A stretch of 63,928 nucleotides of DNA, the filler included, from Phoronis australis (taxonomy: Eukaryota; Animalia; Phoronida), in assembly GCA_002633005.1 (NCBI GenBank). It is 6 parts of 6 records of this genome, joined end to end, with 100 filler letters (N's around TTAATTAATTAA, not from the genome) between each part and the next. Parts side by side here need not be neighbours in the genome. Positions count along the whole stretch, not along the records: positions 1 to 27,292 come from NMRA01000250.1; positions 27,393 to 51,260 come from NMRA01000890.1; 4 more parts are not named here. One strand, written 5' to 3'. How positions within the stretch are numbered: position 1 is the stretch's first letter; each line of letters opens with the position of its first letter. Below are positions 23,148 through 34,800 of this stretch, in pieces. The notes beneath the pieces were generated by a model. It did no database searches, was not told the origin of the DNA, and saw only the letters and a program-made list of their open reading frames with translations. The position numbers and the translations under genes are program-made.

Positions 23148-25705
23148 TACCGTAAACATTGGGGTTAATGCCCTGGGCAGTTAAATTGGAGAACCCAAAA
23201 AATCGAGGGTGGGGGGTTAACCAGACATGAGAGCTTAAACGTGAAATTTCAAGAAATCGCAGGTGGGCGGTTAACCAAACATGGACGCTTATTACGACAG
23301 ACAACCGGGGTGGGCGGTTAATCTTACCTCATGATCTCAGTCCCCACACATAGTTGGAACGTGTAGCACTTTTCCGAGCTTTATCACCACGTCAACAAAT
23401 GACGGTGAAAATGTCATAACAGCGGATGATCCTAAAACAGGTTCTGTTCTCAGATTAATCATTTCAGTTAAATTTACTAGGTTGCTGAGTAATAGCCCGT
23501 GCCGTCCTGCGGTCTTGTTAGAGCTGTTCCTGTAGAATGCAGACGACCAGTGACTATGCAGCGCTCTACTTGGATTGCAACTATCCTCACTGACGTGACA
23601 GTGCAAAGTGCGCGCGTGCAAGCTTCACGTACTGCATAGGTCACGGCAGAGTCACGTGTTGGAGAGCAGTTTTAAATTATTTGTAATTAAAGTTTGAAAA
23701 ACTAATTCAGGTGTTTTTTGTGTTTGGGATGTTTATGTTCGAAACTCCATCATTCAATGACATTTTCAACGTAAGGTTCTGCGGCTGTTTTTGACTGCCC
23801 GGCGGAGGTACACAGACATAAGTCAGTCGTCAATCAAAAGTTACTGCAAAGGCATTACTTAAAGGGGGCTGTAGTCAAAATAATGTTGTAGTTAATCGGT
23901 TCTAACGTACAAATAAAACTCACATTTGCCTGACTTGCGTGCCAAACAAAAGCCAATTCGAATTCATGGTCAAAACACTGAATTCTGAAAGCGATCGCTG
24001 ATTGGCTGATGTGTCAGTGACGTGAACGGCGGGGTATCAGCTGCTTTATACATTCATTGCTTATGTCATATTTGAAGAGTTTACATCGTAATTTATCGTT
24101 GTATCAATAGTCCTTATTTTTTATTGTTTGCCACAGTGCTGTAAAAGGTTCGCTATGCCTTTTTGTATGGCACCTGGTTGCTCAAACTCTTCGAAAAAGG
24201 CGTCTTCTAAAGGGATGGTCATCGCATACCATCACCGGGTTACCCAAGCCTTGGCCCAAAGCTCAGTGTATACTAGATATAGGCCTACAGGTTTAAGCCG
24301 ATATGGGTAAAAAATGTACTAATAAAATCTGACTCAAATAAATGTCATTAAAACTAAGTCATCCTTGAGTAAACCTAGAAACCAGGTTCCTAGAATAAAC
24401 TAACTTCTGTATTTACCGGTGTAAGAAATGTTAGCGATCGTTCATCGGCTGCTGCTAGTAAAATTGTGATGTGTTCTCTTGAGTCGGCTTTTTACGATTA
24501 CGTCACCTGACCTTTACCAGTTTCTTTTCCCCCTGATTCTTTTATCAAGTGTTCGTCGCTGACGGTACCTAGGTTGAGTACATGTTATAACAAATTATCG
24601 GAACTTGTTTCATTTTGTTTCAAGTTTTAGTATTTTTACACCAGCAAACCGAATTTTAGAACAACCTTGGTGCTGCGAAGCTGTCATCATGTCCCGAAAG
24701 AGGTCTCAAATTTTTATGAAATGGCGCGTGCGCTGTGTCACGAGCGTGCTGTTTTTGAAATGGGCGACACACTTCTTTGTTCAAAAAGGCGGCAAATTAT
24801 ACTACCAAATGACGTTTATTTGATTGTTTTCCACTTAAACGGCTGCAACGAACAATGGGAGTGTTGGGTGACTACCAGATTTTGCATGCGCCCCCGCCGG
24901 TCTGTTGGCTTTATATGTTGATGTAGCCTAAGTTTTACGACGAGGTGACGAGCATAACTTGAGTCAACTATACCCGGGTAGTCAACGGCTGTCTGAAATT
25001 TCGGGGTTAACGGAGCTCAACACACAGTGGTACGATAGTCTTCATACAGCTACAGTCGGTAACTTACCAACCCTTCAAGTTTACAGAGCTGAGTATTGGC
25101 TGACAGCTGGCTGACTGGATGGCTAGAGTCCACATTGCCCTCGGCACAGTCACTGACACCAGTTGCACCAGCAAATTTTCGTCTGACGATGACGATGACT
25201 GGGTATCACTTTGTGTTGCCTCGGCTCAAACAGGTATCCCTTATGTGCTTTTAACCTCAGCAAGTTTTTATTAGTTGATTCGCGGTTTTCACGTCTACAA
25301 AGTAATTTGGATTCCTTTTGAGAGAGAAGATACAATACAATCCTTTTGACAAGTGCGCTACATCTGTTCTGAAAGGCCAGACCATAATGGGACATGTTTC
25401 TCTCGAGATCAGCAAAACTTATGTGTTCTTTTTAAGCACGGCGAAAATTTGAAGTGTATAGTCCTGGCTAAATATCTAAACAGCTGCGAGGCTCGTGGTT
25501 CTCAAATTCCGCACACAATGTTTTTTCAGGACTGTTGGATCTTATTGATAAATTGAAGATGTTACTGTACAATTTTAGAACTGTAGGTATGGCATTTTTC
25601 ACATGTAGACGTTCATGGGCTGGGTGCTTGTTTTAGCGAAGTCTGAAAACCGCGTGGAGGGTTGCGCTTAAAGGGGCACGGGCGCTTATGAGGGAAAATA
25701 CGGTA
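23148..25705. mobile_element. ~2.55-kb composite insertion with TACCGTA..TACGGTA termini (Tc1/mariner Tc2-like)
   Basis: Absent from the paralogous flank near 12930-13130; ends are TA-CCGTA and TACGG-TA; left end resembles the MITE at 54435-54590. Confidence 0.65.
23859..24240 (+). mobile_element. Kolobok-like transposon 5' fragment with truncated THAP domain
   Basis: TTAAAGGGGG terminus at 23859; ATG at 24155 gives MPFCMAPGCSNSSKKASSKGMVIAYH (THAP-type CxxxGCxN start), then similarity is lost. Confidence 0.55.
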
Positions 25706-26187
25706 CTACTATTAGTACTATTATATTCTAATATTCTACTACATTAGTCAGGAATCGACTGCTGTTGAAATAGTCTGTTAACAGACCAAACCTGATGCAC
25801 TGAGGTCAATTAAAGTTCTGTTGACTGTCACCTTAAAATCTTGGCTACTGAGAAGACACATTCCAGTGTTCCTCAAACACGTGAGCAATGTTGACTCTGT
25901 TATGACTTGAAGATGATCATGTTGACAGGACAGGCTATGTGATCTGACTCTGGTCTACCTTTTCATTCAAAGTTATTCGATAAAGGGGGTATGCATATTT
26001 TGCGAACACTTCAAATGCTAATTAAAATATTCAGTAGTTTAGTCCGTCTGGCTCCTGTACATAAGTCACATTTCAACGTCATGGTGCCGGCGACATAACA
26101 GTAAACGTTTTGCGAACAGTTCTTTCATTAAGTAACACAATCAGTATTTCTGGTTGGCAAAATAAACTGATATTGTCTATTACTCCT

Positions 26188-26663
26188 TTACTTTGTACAC
26201 ACTGCGCATGTCAACTTCTTGTTATCGATGTAACTTGGGCACGGAAGTGACCCACACTTAGCACATACAGCGTAGAACAAAGCACCATTTTCATCTCGAT
26301 AACCAGCTGAATCACCTTCTGGAGCCTCATCCACACACACATAATCATAATTGTTTTTATGTGAAGTGGCTCCTGTCATTAAGTATCCCTGGTACTCCAG
26401 TGTCCACCCCGGGAAGCAGACGTTACGTGCAGGAATCATCAACTGACTGGAACGTTTGCCATTGTAGCAGACGGCACATGGAACATTCTGGTTTATCAAG
26501 TTGCCCTCAGAGTTGCTAGACAGGAATTGATCAGTTTGCTGATATTCTGCACCATAGACTTGAGCACTGCATCCTCCATGTTTGTTCCATAGAGGGCGCT
26601 TGGGCAGACAGATATAGTTAGAGGCGCCACCAGTGTGTTGGTACCAGGATCCTCCAGCGTGAC
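26188..26663 (-). CDS. Last exon, short-chain collagen C4-like domain (paralog B); upstream exons not in this contig
   Basis: Same 476-nt length and acceptor position as copy A; about 17 aa differences in ~158 by manual count; flanking intron and 3' region also homologous. Confidence 0.92.
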
Positions 26664-26975
26664 CTTTTGAAAAGTTGTAAGCAGTTAGTTGGTGGGCAAT
26701 CAGAAACAATCTACATACTACTCTTTATAGTGGTAGTGCAAAACTGTTTTTCTCTTAACAAGTGTGCAAGGCAGACCGAGTTGACTGAGACAAATGTGAT
26801 TTTTTTTATTCACAGACATGTTGAAATGTTGAAATTTTTTTTTTTAATGTTTGAATATCCTACCCATCAAGAGTGTCAATTTGATGACAATTGGTGGTGA
26901 TCGCAAAGAATTCATAAATAACACTGGCAAGGGTAATGTGACAGTCTCACTGCATTAAATCCACTTAAAAATAAG

Positions 26976-27292
26976 TGTAACAGGAGTGCCCTGGACATGA
27001 TTATGTAAGTAAGATATATGCGCCCTCTAGTGGTCAAGCTGTGTATTACGTATGGAATTTTCCTATGATGTTGAGTCCTTTGGACATGGCCAAATATGGT
27101 CAGAGGCTAGGAGCTATGGGCCTTGCCCTTCAGATCGTGTCTGATTGGTTGAAATTGTGTACTTAAGCTTTGTCTCTGTCAGACACGAGGAGTCCAGTCG
27201 CAGAGTTCAAGAAGCAAACATTTACACCTTCACTCACACCAAATTGCAACTGTTTGTGCAGCTTTCGGGCTCCTCCCGAACTTGGTTGCCAA
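26976..27292. mobile_element. Probable LTR edge inserted in the intron of paralog B, cut by the gap
   Basis: Similarity to the copy A intron stops at ~26970 and TGTAACAGG begins; sequence runs into the assembly gap. Confidence 0.4.
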
Positions 27293-27392
27293 NNNNNNNN
27301 NNNNNNNNNNNNNNNNNNNNNNNNNNNNNNNNNNNNTTAATTAATTAANNNNNNNNNNNNNNNNNNNNNNNNNNNNNNNNNNNNNNNNNNNN
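27293..27392. other. Artificial contig linker N44-TTAATTAATTAA-N44 (also 51261-51360, 53964-54063, 58057-58156, 62323-62422)
   Basis: Identical 100-bp structure five times; the 12-mer gives stops in all six frames. Confidence 0.97.
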
Positions 27393-28751
27393 AGTGTGTT
27401 GCGACTACGGGTATAAAATAATGACTATTTGGTCGAAACCAACAGCCAAATAAAAGAAGCAATCGGTTTTATTTTTATCGTTGAGAAAACTAATTGATAA
27501 GAATGCCCTCTGTTTTAATTTCGAGTTGTGACGAAGCTTAATTATCTGTCTGACGAACTCTGCCTTGTCTTGGTTCATCGTCACAACGACTGTAACATAT
27601 GTATAATGAATCCCATTTCTGGAAAATTCAGCACAGATTGCAAGACACAGCTGAAAGTAATGTTTAAATGGCAAAGCAAGTTCATTTGCTTGGCTTATTA
27701 CTGAATATACGACATTTGAAGTTCTATCCTTAAGCAAACGTGTGCAGCTGAATTTCTTTTGCATGGAAAAATGCGAAAAGCTAATGTACACGCACATGTT
27801 GTTTAGTGAAAAATTATTTTGTTAAGTTGAGCTCATTGCAAAACTTAAATCTCGATTACATAACCAGTTATCTAGATTTTGCCTTCCAGACAGCAATACG
27901 ACTTTTATTAGGGTAACTCTCATTTATCTTCATAATGCAGCTATCAAATACAATAGCCCAATGATCTGATCAACGATTGGCTGAAAAAATGCCGGAAACA
28001 TGACCAGATGGCTAAGTCTTGAAAATTTTATTCAATACTTAATTTATGTAACATGATTTGCTTGTACATGTAAGTAGCATAGTCTACATTTCTTGCTCTT
28101 AAAAATTTGGTATTATTTTCTTTTTGAGCAATCACGCAAAGGAGTACACAAATACGGTTTAAACGTTTGAGGTGAAATCTTAGGATGCGTCTAAGTTCTA
28201 CTTTAATTAGAAAAGGCAATTAGCAGTTCAGAGAAAATACAAAGAACTAGTGCACAAAAAGGGCACATATGAAAAGTAGTACAACATATTGGCATAAAAA
28301 CAAAGATCTGTGTATTCCTTCATGTAGACATCTGCTATATACAATATTTGAACATTAAGACTTCTTACATAAGCGCACTTAAACTCACTCCTCGGCCTCT
28401 CAAGAAATATACGTTAATCAGCAAATAAAATATTTACAGGAATCCATCTATTCTTAAAATTAAAACATTACCATTTTTGTAGAATACATATTTCTTTCTT
28501 TTCCAGTAGTCAAAAAATTATCCTTTTAAGTAACCCACACATGGCTTACGATTCAATAAACTCTGGCGATATAAATGTACATATGATTTAATATTTTATT
28601 GATGTTTTTTGAGCATCACAATGTGCTCCCTGCCCAATACATTTTCAATATACAGCATAGGGAAACAGAAATTATTAATTGTCACAGCCAAAAGGCATGA
28701 CCATGAGAATGTTACTCGGCAGGTGTTGGTTAACACAGTGCAATCGTTGAC

Positions 28752-28785
28752 TATAAGAGGCTGATCGGTGTCCAGCAAACCAGTC
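28752..28785 (+). promoter_or_regulatory. Candidate TATA box and initiator of the TSP1-TLDc gene
   Basis: TATAAG at 28752 and Inr-like CCAGTC ~30 nt downstream, ~50 nt before the ATG at 28834. Confidence 0.4.
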
Positions 28786-28833
28786 GTTTCTACAGTTGAC
28801 GCACTGCACAATAACACGTTAAGCAAAGGAGAG

Positions 28834-31800
28834 ATGAAGTTTATGATGAGTATGTTCATTTTGGTACGTATTGAACTAGGTTATTATACAAGCGTTCTCG
28901 ATTGAATTTCTCGTATAAGAATAGATATTTGTAAAAGATGCACATATTTGAAGAATGCTCTTTCCGGTCAGTGTTTTTAATCAGATCATTCCATCAAATT
29001 TTAAAAAAGATCATAAAATCATGAAGTTCTCGCGAATTAACCATCTGTGTATGCGTGTTGTTTGCAAATCCGTTACAGAATCTGAATGCGATACTGCATT
29101 AGTTTTCATGTGGGAAAACATGACAAAATTTATTTTGTGAAGTTGATAAATAAAATGAAAAGGAAGGGCCATTTGTTTTTCCACATTTTGATCTAGAATT
29201 GAGAAATGAAGATGCAACAAAGCTCACTTCATGCTACTAATTATTCGGAAGTTATGCAATTCCTTATCATGGACTGTTAAAATAAAATAAGGTCTGCACA
29301 TTTGATTGAAAATACATTTTGTTGTAAAATGATAATGAAGACAAGAAAAATACATGTTCACTTGGTCTTTGCGGACACCTTAAGGCGCAATTGTCACGAG
29401 GAGCTAGGTTTATGCCATTTGGTACTTGCACTTAAGATTCTAAGAAAACGAGCACTCAGATTTGAAAAAAAATCTTTGAAAAGCTGCGATTAAATGTGCA
29501 TTTATAATAACCTTGTTGAAACAATAACTTCTAGTACAGCCAGAGAACAGTAAGAGAGATGTACTTGTAGGGCTTCTCGCTAGGCGATTCAGCGGGTACG
29601 TCACCGAGCCTGGAAGCCAGTGCTATTTACGACGGGCATGGAACGGAAGGGCCATTGCTTTATTATGACGGCGTCAATACGTTTAAGGCAGACATTTCTT
29701 TCTCTGTCAACAACAAACTTCCAAATCCGGCTACACTCATCCTGTCATGCGTGTAAGTTATATGAATTGTAGATTTGAGCAATCATGTTTTGGCAGTGGG
29801 AGATATCTCAACGGATATAGAATAATATACCATTATTTATTAATGAAGCACTAAATTGTACCAGGTGATAACTGCAATGGGCCTGCTGGAGTGGCCAGGT
29901 AGGCTACAAGGTGTAAAGAACTGCGCCACAGAAAACGAGCGACTTTAAGTTAAATTTTGAATTGTAACGAATGATGATCAGCATGGACACAAAAACGACT
30001 AGATACTCTCTAAATGTCTAAACGACTTGATACGCTCTAAATGTCTAAACGACTAGATACCCTCTAAATGTCTAAACGACTAGATACTCTCTAAATGTCT
30101 AAAAGACTGGATACTCCCTAAATGTCTAAACGACTAGATATTCTCTAAATGTCTAACACTCATTAAAAAACCACTCTTAGGTTTGTGATTTGTCTTTTCA
30201 CGAAGTCGCGTAGTATAAAAGACCCCAACTTTGCTGCCTGTAAGTTTTGTATTTTTTTTCAATTTTCAAATATAATTTACTTATACATTTAGGATGAAGA
30301 AATCTGTTTCTAAGAAATTGAGTCATTTCAAACACGACGAGGTCTTCGTTCAGAAACACATGTTCGAGATTGCTGGTAACACTGAGTTGGAGAAAACGCA
30401 AAAGTTTGCTTTCTCAGTGCAGATCAGTGAGCATAGCGGTTTCAAGGGGCATATGCAATGCAGTGCCGTTCTGAGCTTTGAGGACGAATTTGGAAGAAAA
30501 CTACATAAAACCATGACGTTAAAGAACCCTCCTCGCATTTATGTCTACTCTGTGTCCGGTGAGTACAAGAAATTGAATATATTTTTGTATTGACAAATGC
30601 TTTGTACCACCCGCAAGATATGTATGATAGTCCTGATCAAAGTATTTCATTGTCGTTAAAAGGAATTTTACGTACTAACAAAATAGATGAAACATATATT
30701 GTTAGAATTGTTGAAAGAAAATCATGAGCACCCTACTACTTTTGTCAACCCTCAAATGTTTGGAGGCTCTCTATTGTGTCTGCTGAACCAGCAAGTTGAC
30801 TAATATTTGGGACAAATCAATAGTTTTGTGTAAAGGCAGCCCAAGTGTAAACATGATGCAAGTGGTATGTACATGTACTATGAGAAGGTGTCGGCAAAGG
30901 GAGAGCGGGTTCATAGTCACCGCCTCGATTTGAGCTAAACTCTGGTAGACAACGGCGAGAATTAGCAATTTGCAATCAACTCACAAAAGACATCTACCTT
31001 TGTTGCTTCACAGACCTGGTCAAAACTGATAATTCAAAACTTTTTTTCGGCCATCAAACAGATAGTATACCCTTAAAACCTACATGACCTCATATCTTAC
31101 TATTTCAGTGAATGGGCATTGGAGTGAATGGAGCACGGAAGAACAGAAATGCCGTGTAATTTGCGGCAACGGCGAGAAGTATAAGACAAGAACCTGCACC
31201 AGGCCAGCACCTGTGGGCAATGGCAAGGATTGTGCTGGAAATTCGACTGAGGGTTGCTCAACTCAGATTTGTCTAGGTAAGCCTAATGAAAGCTTAACAC
31301 GTCTGCGAAGAATTATTTGAGGTTTTAAAACAACATGTTCATCACGGGTTGGTTTCATGAAAGTGACTTATGACTTAAGACAGAAATCTGGTCTCACGAT
31401 CCCTCTTCACATTTATAGAAAAAGGTTTAGCTAGGTAATTATGAGCGCATCTTGCACGAGAAATAATCCAGAGATTAAAGTATTGTAGGACCTACCACTC
31501 ATGTGCATATTATCATAGAGTTTACCCTTTTGTTCAAATGAGATTTACATATTCTTCAGAAATAATTTTGTGTACGGTAATGCCAAATTTCTGACGTTTC
31601 ACGAAACAAACCACTGGGCCAGGTTGCGTGTTATGATCGATAGCAATGACGACGTCGCATTAATATTGTTTCAACAATGTATTCAAAGTCGTGCAACAGC
31701 TAATTTGTATAGGGGATAAGTTTACAAGTCTTATGCAACACAACCCAGAAGTAAATCCAATGCTAGTTTTATGTGGTGTTCAATATTATTGAAACCAAAG

Positions 31801-34800
31801 TCAGCACTGGGGCTAGATAACACATGAAGAACGCGGACGTTTAAAGACAAACTGATTATCCTATCTTGTATTGTAACTAAACTAAAAAATACACTCTTAG
31901 ACCAAAGTATTTCTCGAATGTCATCGTTCTTTTCATTGGTTAAGTAATGCATGCACATACAACCAACGACTTACTCAGTACTCTCTTTGATTAAGCTCTA
32001 CCAAAATAAAATTATAATCTTTTTATTCGTTAATGTTTACTGAATTGTTTGATTTTACGTAACTGCAATGAAATACAGATTATTGCATGACGACGTCGTT
32101 ATCCCCTGTAATCTGGAGCCCGAGAGCATTTTGGAGAAATATCGCCCGAGGGGCGTCACGGTCTACCGTGAAAATGTCGTCTGATAAAGTACAGAAGGTT
32201 ACCTGCCTCCCGTTCAAAAACGCTATTACCTCGCTAAAAAGCAAGACTTCGCGAGATTACGTGAGATATAGCCATGCATTTCAAATGATAGCACGTGACT
32301 TTGACTAGGTTTTAGCTAGGTCCTAGCGTAGGTCCTAGCGTAGGTCCTAACGTAGGTAATAGCGTCTACTGAATGCACGCCGGGTTAGTGCAATAATGTT
32401 GATATCAAAGATTCCGCAAGGGCTTTAGATAACGACTGAGAACATGTAATAATATACTCATACCACATACTGAAGGATAAAAATTGCGATGAATCGACCT
32501 GCTTTTTGTCGACTCGCCTAGGTTTAAGAGCTACTGTACTTTCCAAGTCAGAGGCTTGGTGACGAATGTCATGACCTTTTAAGAAACGCCGAGTCATTTC
32601 TTGTTAAAACAATGTTTTACTCAAAACCAATTAAAATCTTAAACAAACTAGAGATTTTTTTTCGTCGTACTGGACAGTAAAATAGATGAAAGAATTTCTC
32701 GTCACAATATACTAATCGGAAAATGAACCAGATAATTTAGGAGAGTGGCGCCTCCTCTATAGGATAGTACGGAAGAAAATGTCGGAGTTTTTGTTAAGTT
32801 TTCAGAACTCATATCATAGTATTGGCATTTGAAAATATTGCGCACTGAGCTGAACCCTAAGTGAGGCTACATATACATTATTACAAGGCGAAGTCGTTAT
32901 CCCCCGTTATCTAGAGCCCGAGTGGATTTTGGAGAATTATCGCCAGAGGGGCGTTAGCCCCGTGGGTGATAATTCTCCAAAATCCACGAGGGCCCTAGAT
33001 AGGGGGATAACGGCTGAGAACATTTAATAATCTATTTATACCACATACTAAACGAGAAACATTGCAATGAATCGATTTACCTGTTCTGTCTCTCCACAGC
33101 TTTGTAACTACTTTCTATGTCAAAGGCCCGGGGTCGGAGGTCGTGACCTTTTAAGAAAAGCCGGGTTATTTTTGTCAAATAATGCTTTTACTCAAAACCA
33201 ATTGAAAACTTAAATATAATAGAAATAAATTGAATAGATAAATTAAGGTTTACCAACTATTATAGCTTAAAACACGTTTTTTTCATGCTAAGCTTCGACC
33301 GGGAAATTATCGTCTGCTAAAGTAGGTTACCACTGGTAACTGAATATAATTCTCAAGTCAATGATCCTGACTAGACGACACGATACCCGCATTCAAACTG
33401 GAGATCGGTGATTTACAAGTAAGAAAACATGAGAGAAAAATTTCACTGAATTAAGATATCATTTTTATGGAAATTATGTGCCTTATTTTTCGTAGCGTAT
33501 AAGTACAGTACAATGCGGTTTGTTGAACATGCGATTATTGCGCGTGCTCATTTAAGTATTCTGTTTTCACGTTCAATGACGATGATGAGTGGTGCAGTGG
33601 TAAAGTCGACAACCTGAAGCTCATTCGAAACGGGTTTGAAACCGGCCTCAGTTTCCCGCCGAAATGTTATTTATCGCCATTAAATGGATTATTTAACGGT
33701 TGTGTTGGCAATTCGAGGCTGATACTCTGGTATAAAAATTTAAACTGAACCCAAGTAGTACGAAAGTCCTGTGAATATTGCGGCACGAGACGTTAGCGCT
33801 GTGCATGTAAACTAAGTATAGGCAACAATTATTGTAAATAAAAGATAGTTGGGATTCCCAGGGCGTCATCATACTGTGATTTGGGCTGCTAAGAACATGG
33901 ATGCTTGTGGAATTGTGCTTGATTCCCCCTGTCAAGCTACTCTCACAGTCCAAATAGTGAGATGTCTTCCACCGAGTTTTGGTTTCCATTTACTTAATAC
34001 TTAATTCTCGTTAATAGTACTTAAGACATCCTTGTTTAATTTAAAGATCGCATAGGGTACATTTTCATTTGCATTTACGCGCTTGTGAACGAGGTGCGAA
34101 AGGTTTAAAGGTACTTTCCCATTTTTATTTCTTTTTTAAGGAAAGAATCCAGCAAACACGTGGACAAATTGAAACAAAATCCCCATACTGGAAAAATAAC
34201 AAATGTTGAAACAAAATATTAACAAATTCATACATGTATGAACCAGTTACCGCCCGCTGTTGGCGAACTGGGAAAAAAAACAAACCTCAAATATTTTGCT
34301 AGCCACTAGGTGACAGTGCAGTATGATCAGAATAGCTAATGGAATGACAGAGAAGGATTGTGTCCGTGCCTTTTCTAAGATGTCTGCTTCCTGAATCATT
34401 CTTTGCTTCTTAAAACAAACAAGAGTTTTGTGCCAACACTGCTGAGGAGATGAATTATTGTATGAGTACATGAATTATTGTCACAGCAATAGAGTACCAA
34501 GATTTCTGCCCGTTGCTACATTGAGATAGGATTCTGCTCACAATTCTGAGCTTCTGAAATTTACAGATATGACTCCTGACTCATGAGTCAATGATTTTGC
34601 AACGTTAGAGGATCGAGTTTGAGTGCAAGGAAATTCTCATAGATGAAAATATTTAAGTTTTTGTGACAAACAGAACTAATGTATCACAATAGGTGAGTCG
34701 GTTACAGAAATTTACTGGAGTCACGATAAGTGAAAGACCTCTCAAACAAGGAAAAAAGATCAAGCTGATCAAGGAATCATTAAGTTATTGATAAAATTTG

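Noticed and set aside
27337-27348. TTAATTAATTAA as a biological motif
   Set aside because: Embedded in Ns and repeated identically; an assembly linker
33587-33655. tRNA gene
   Set aside because: A/B boxes are present but there are no convincing acceptor or anticodon stems; treated as a SINE relic
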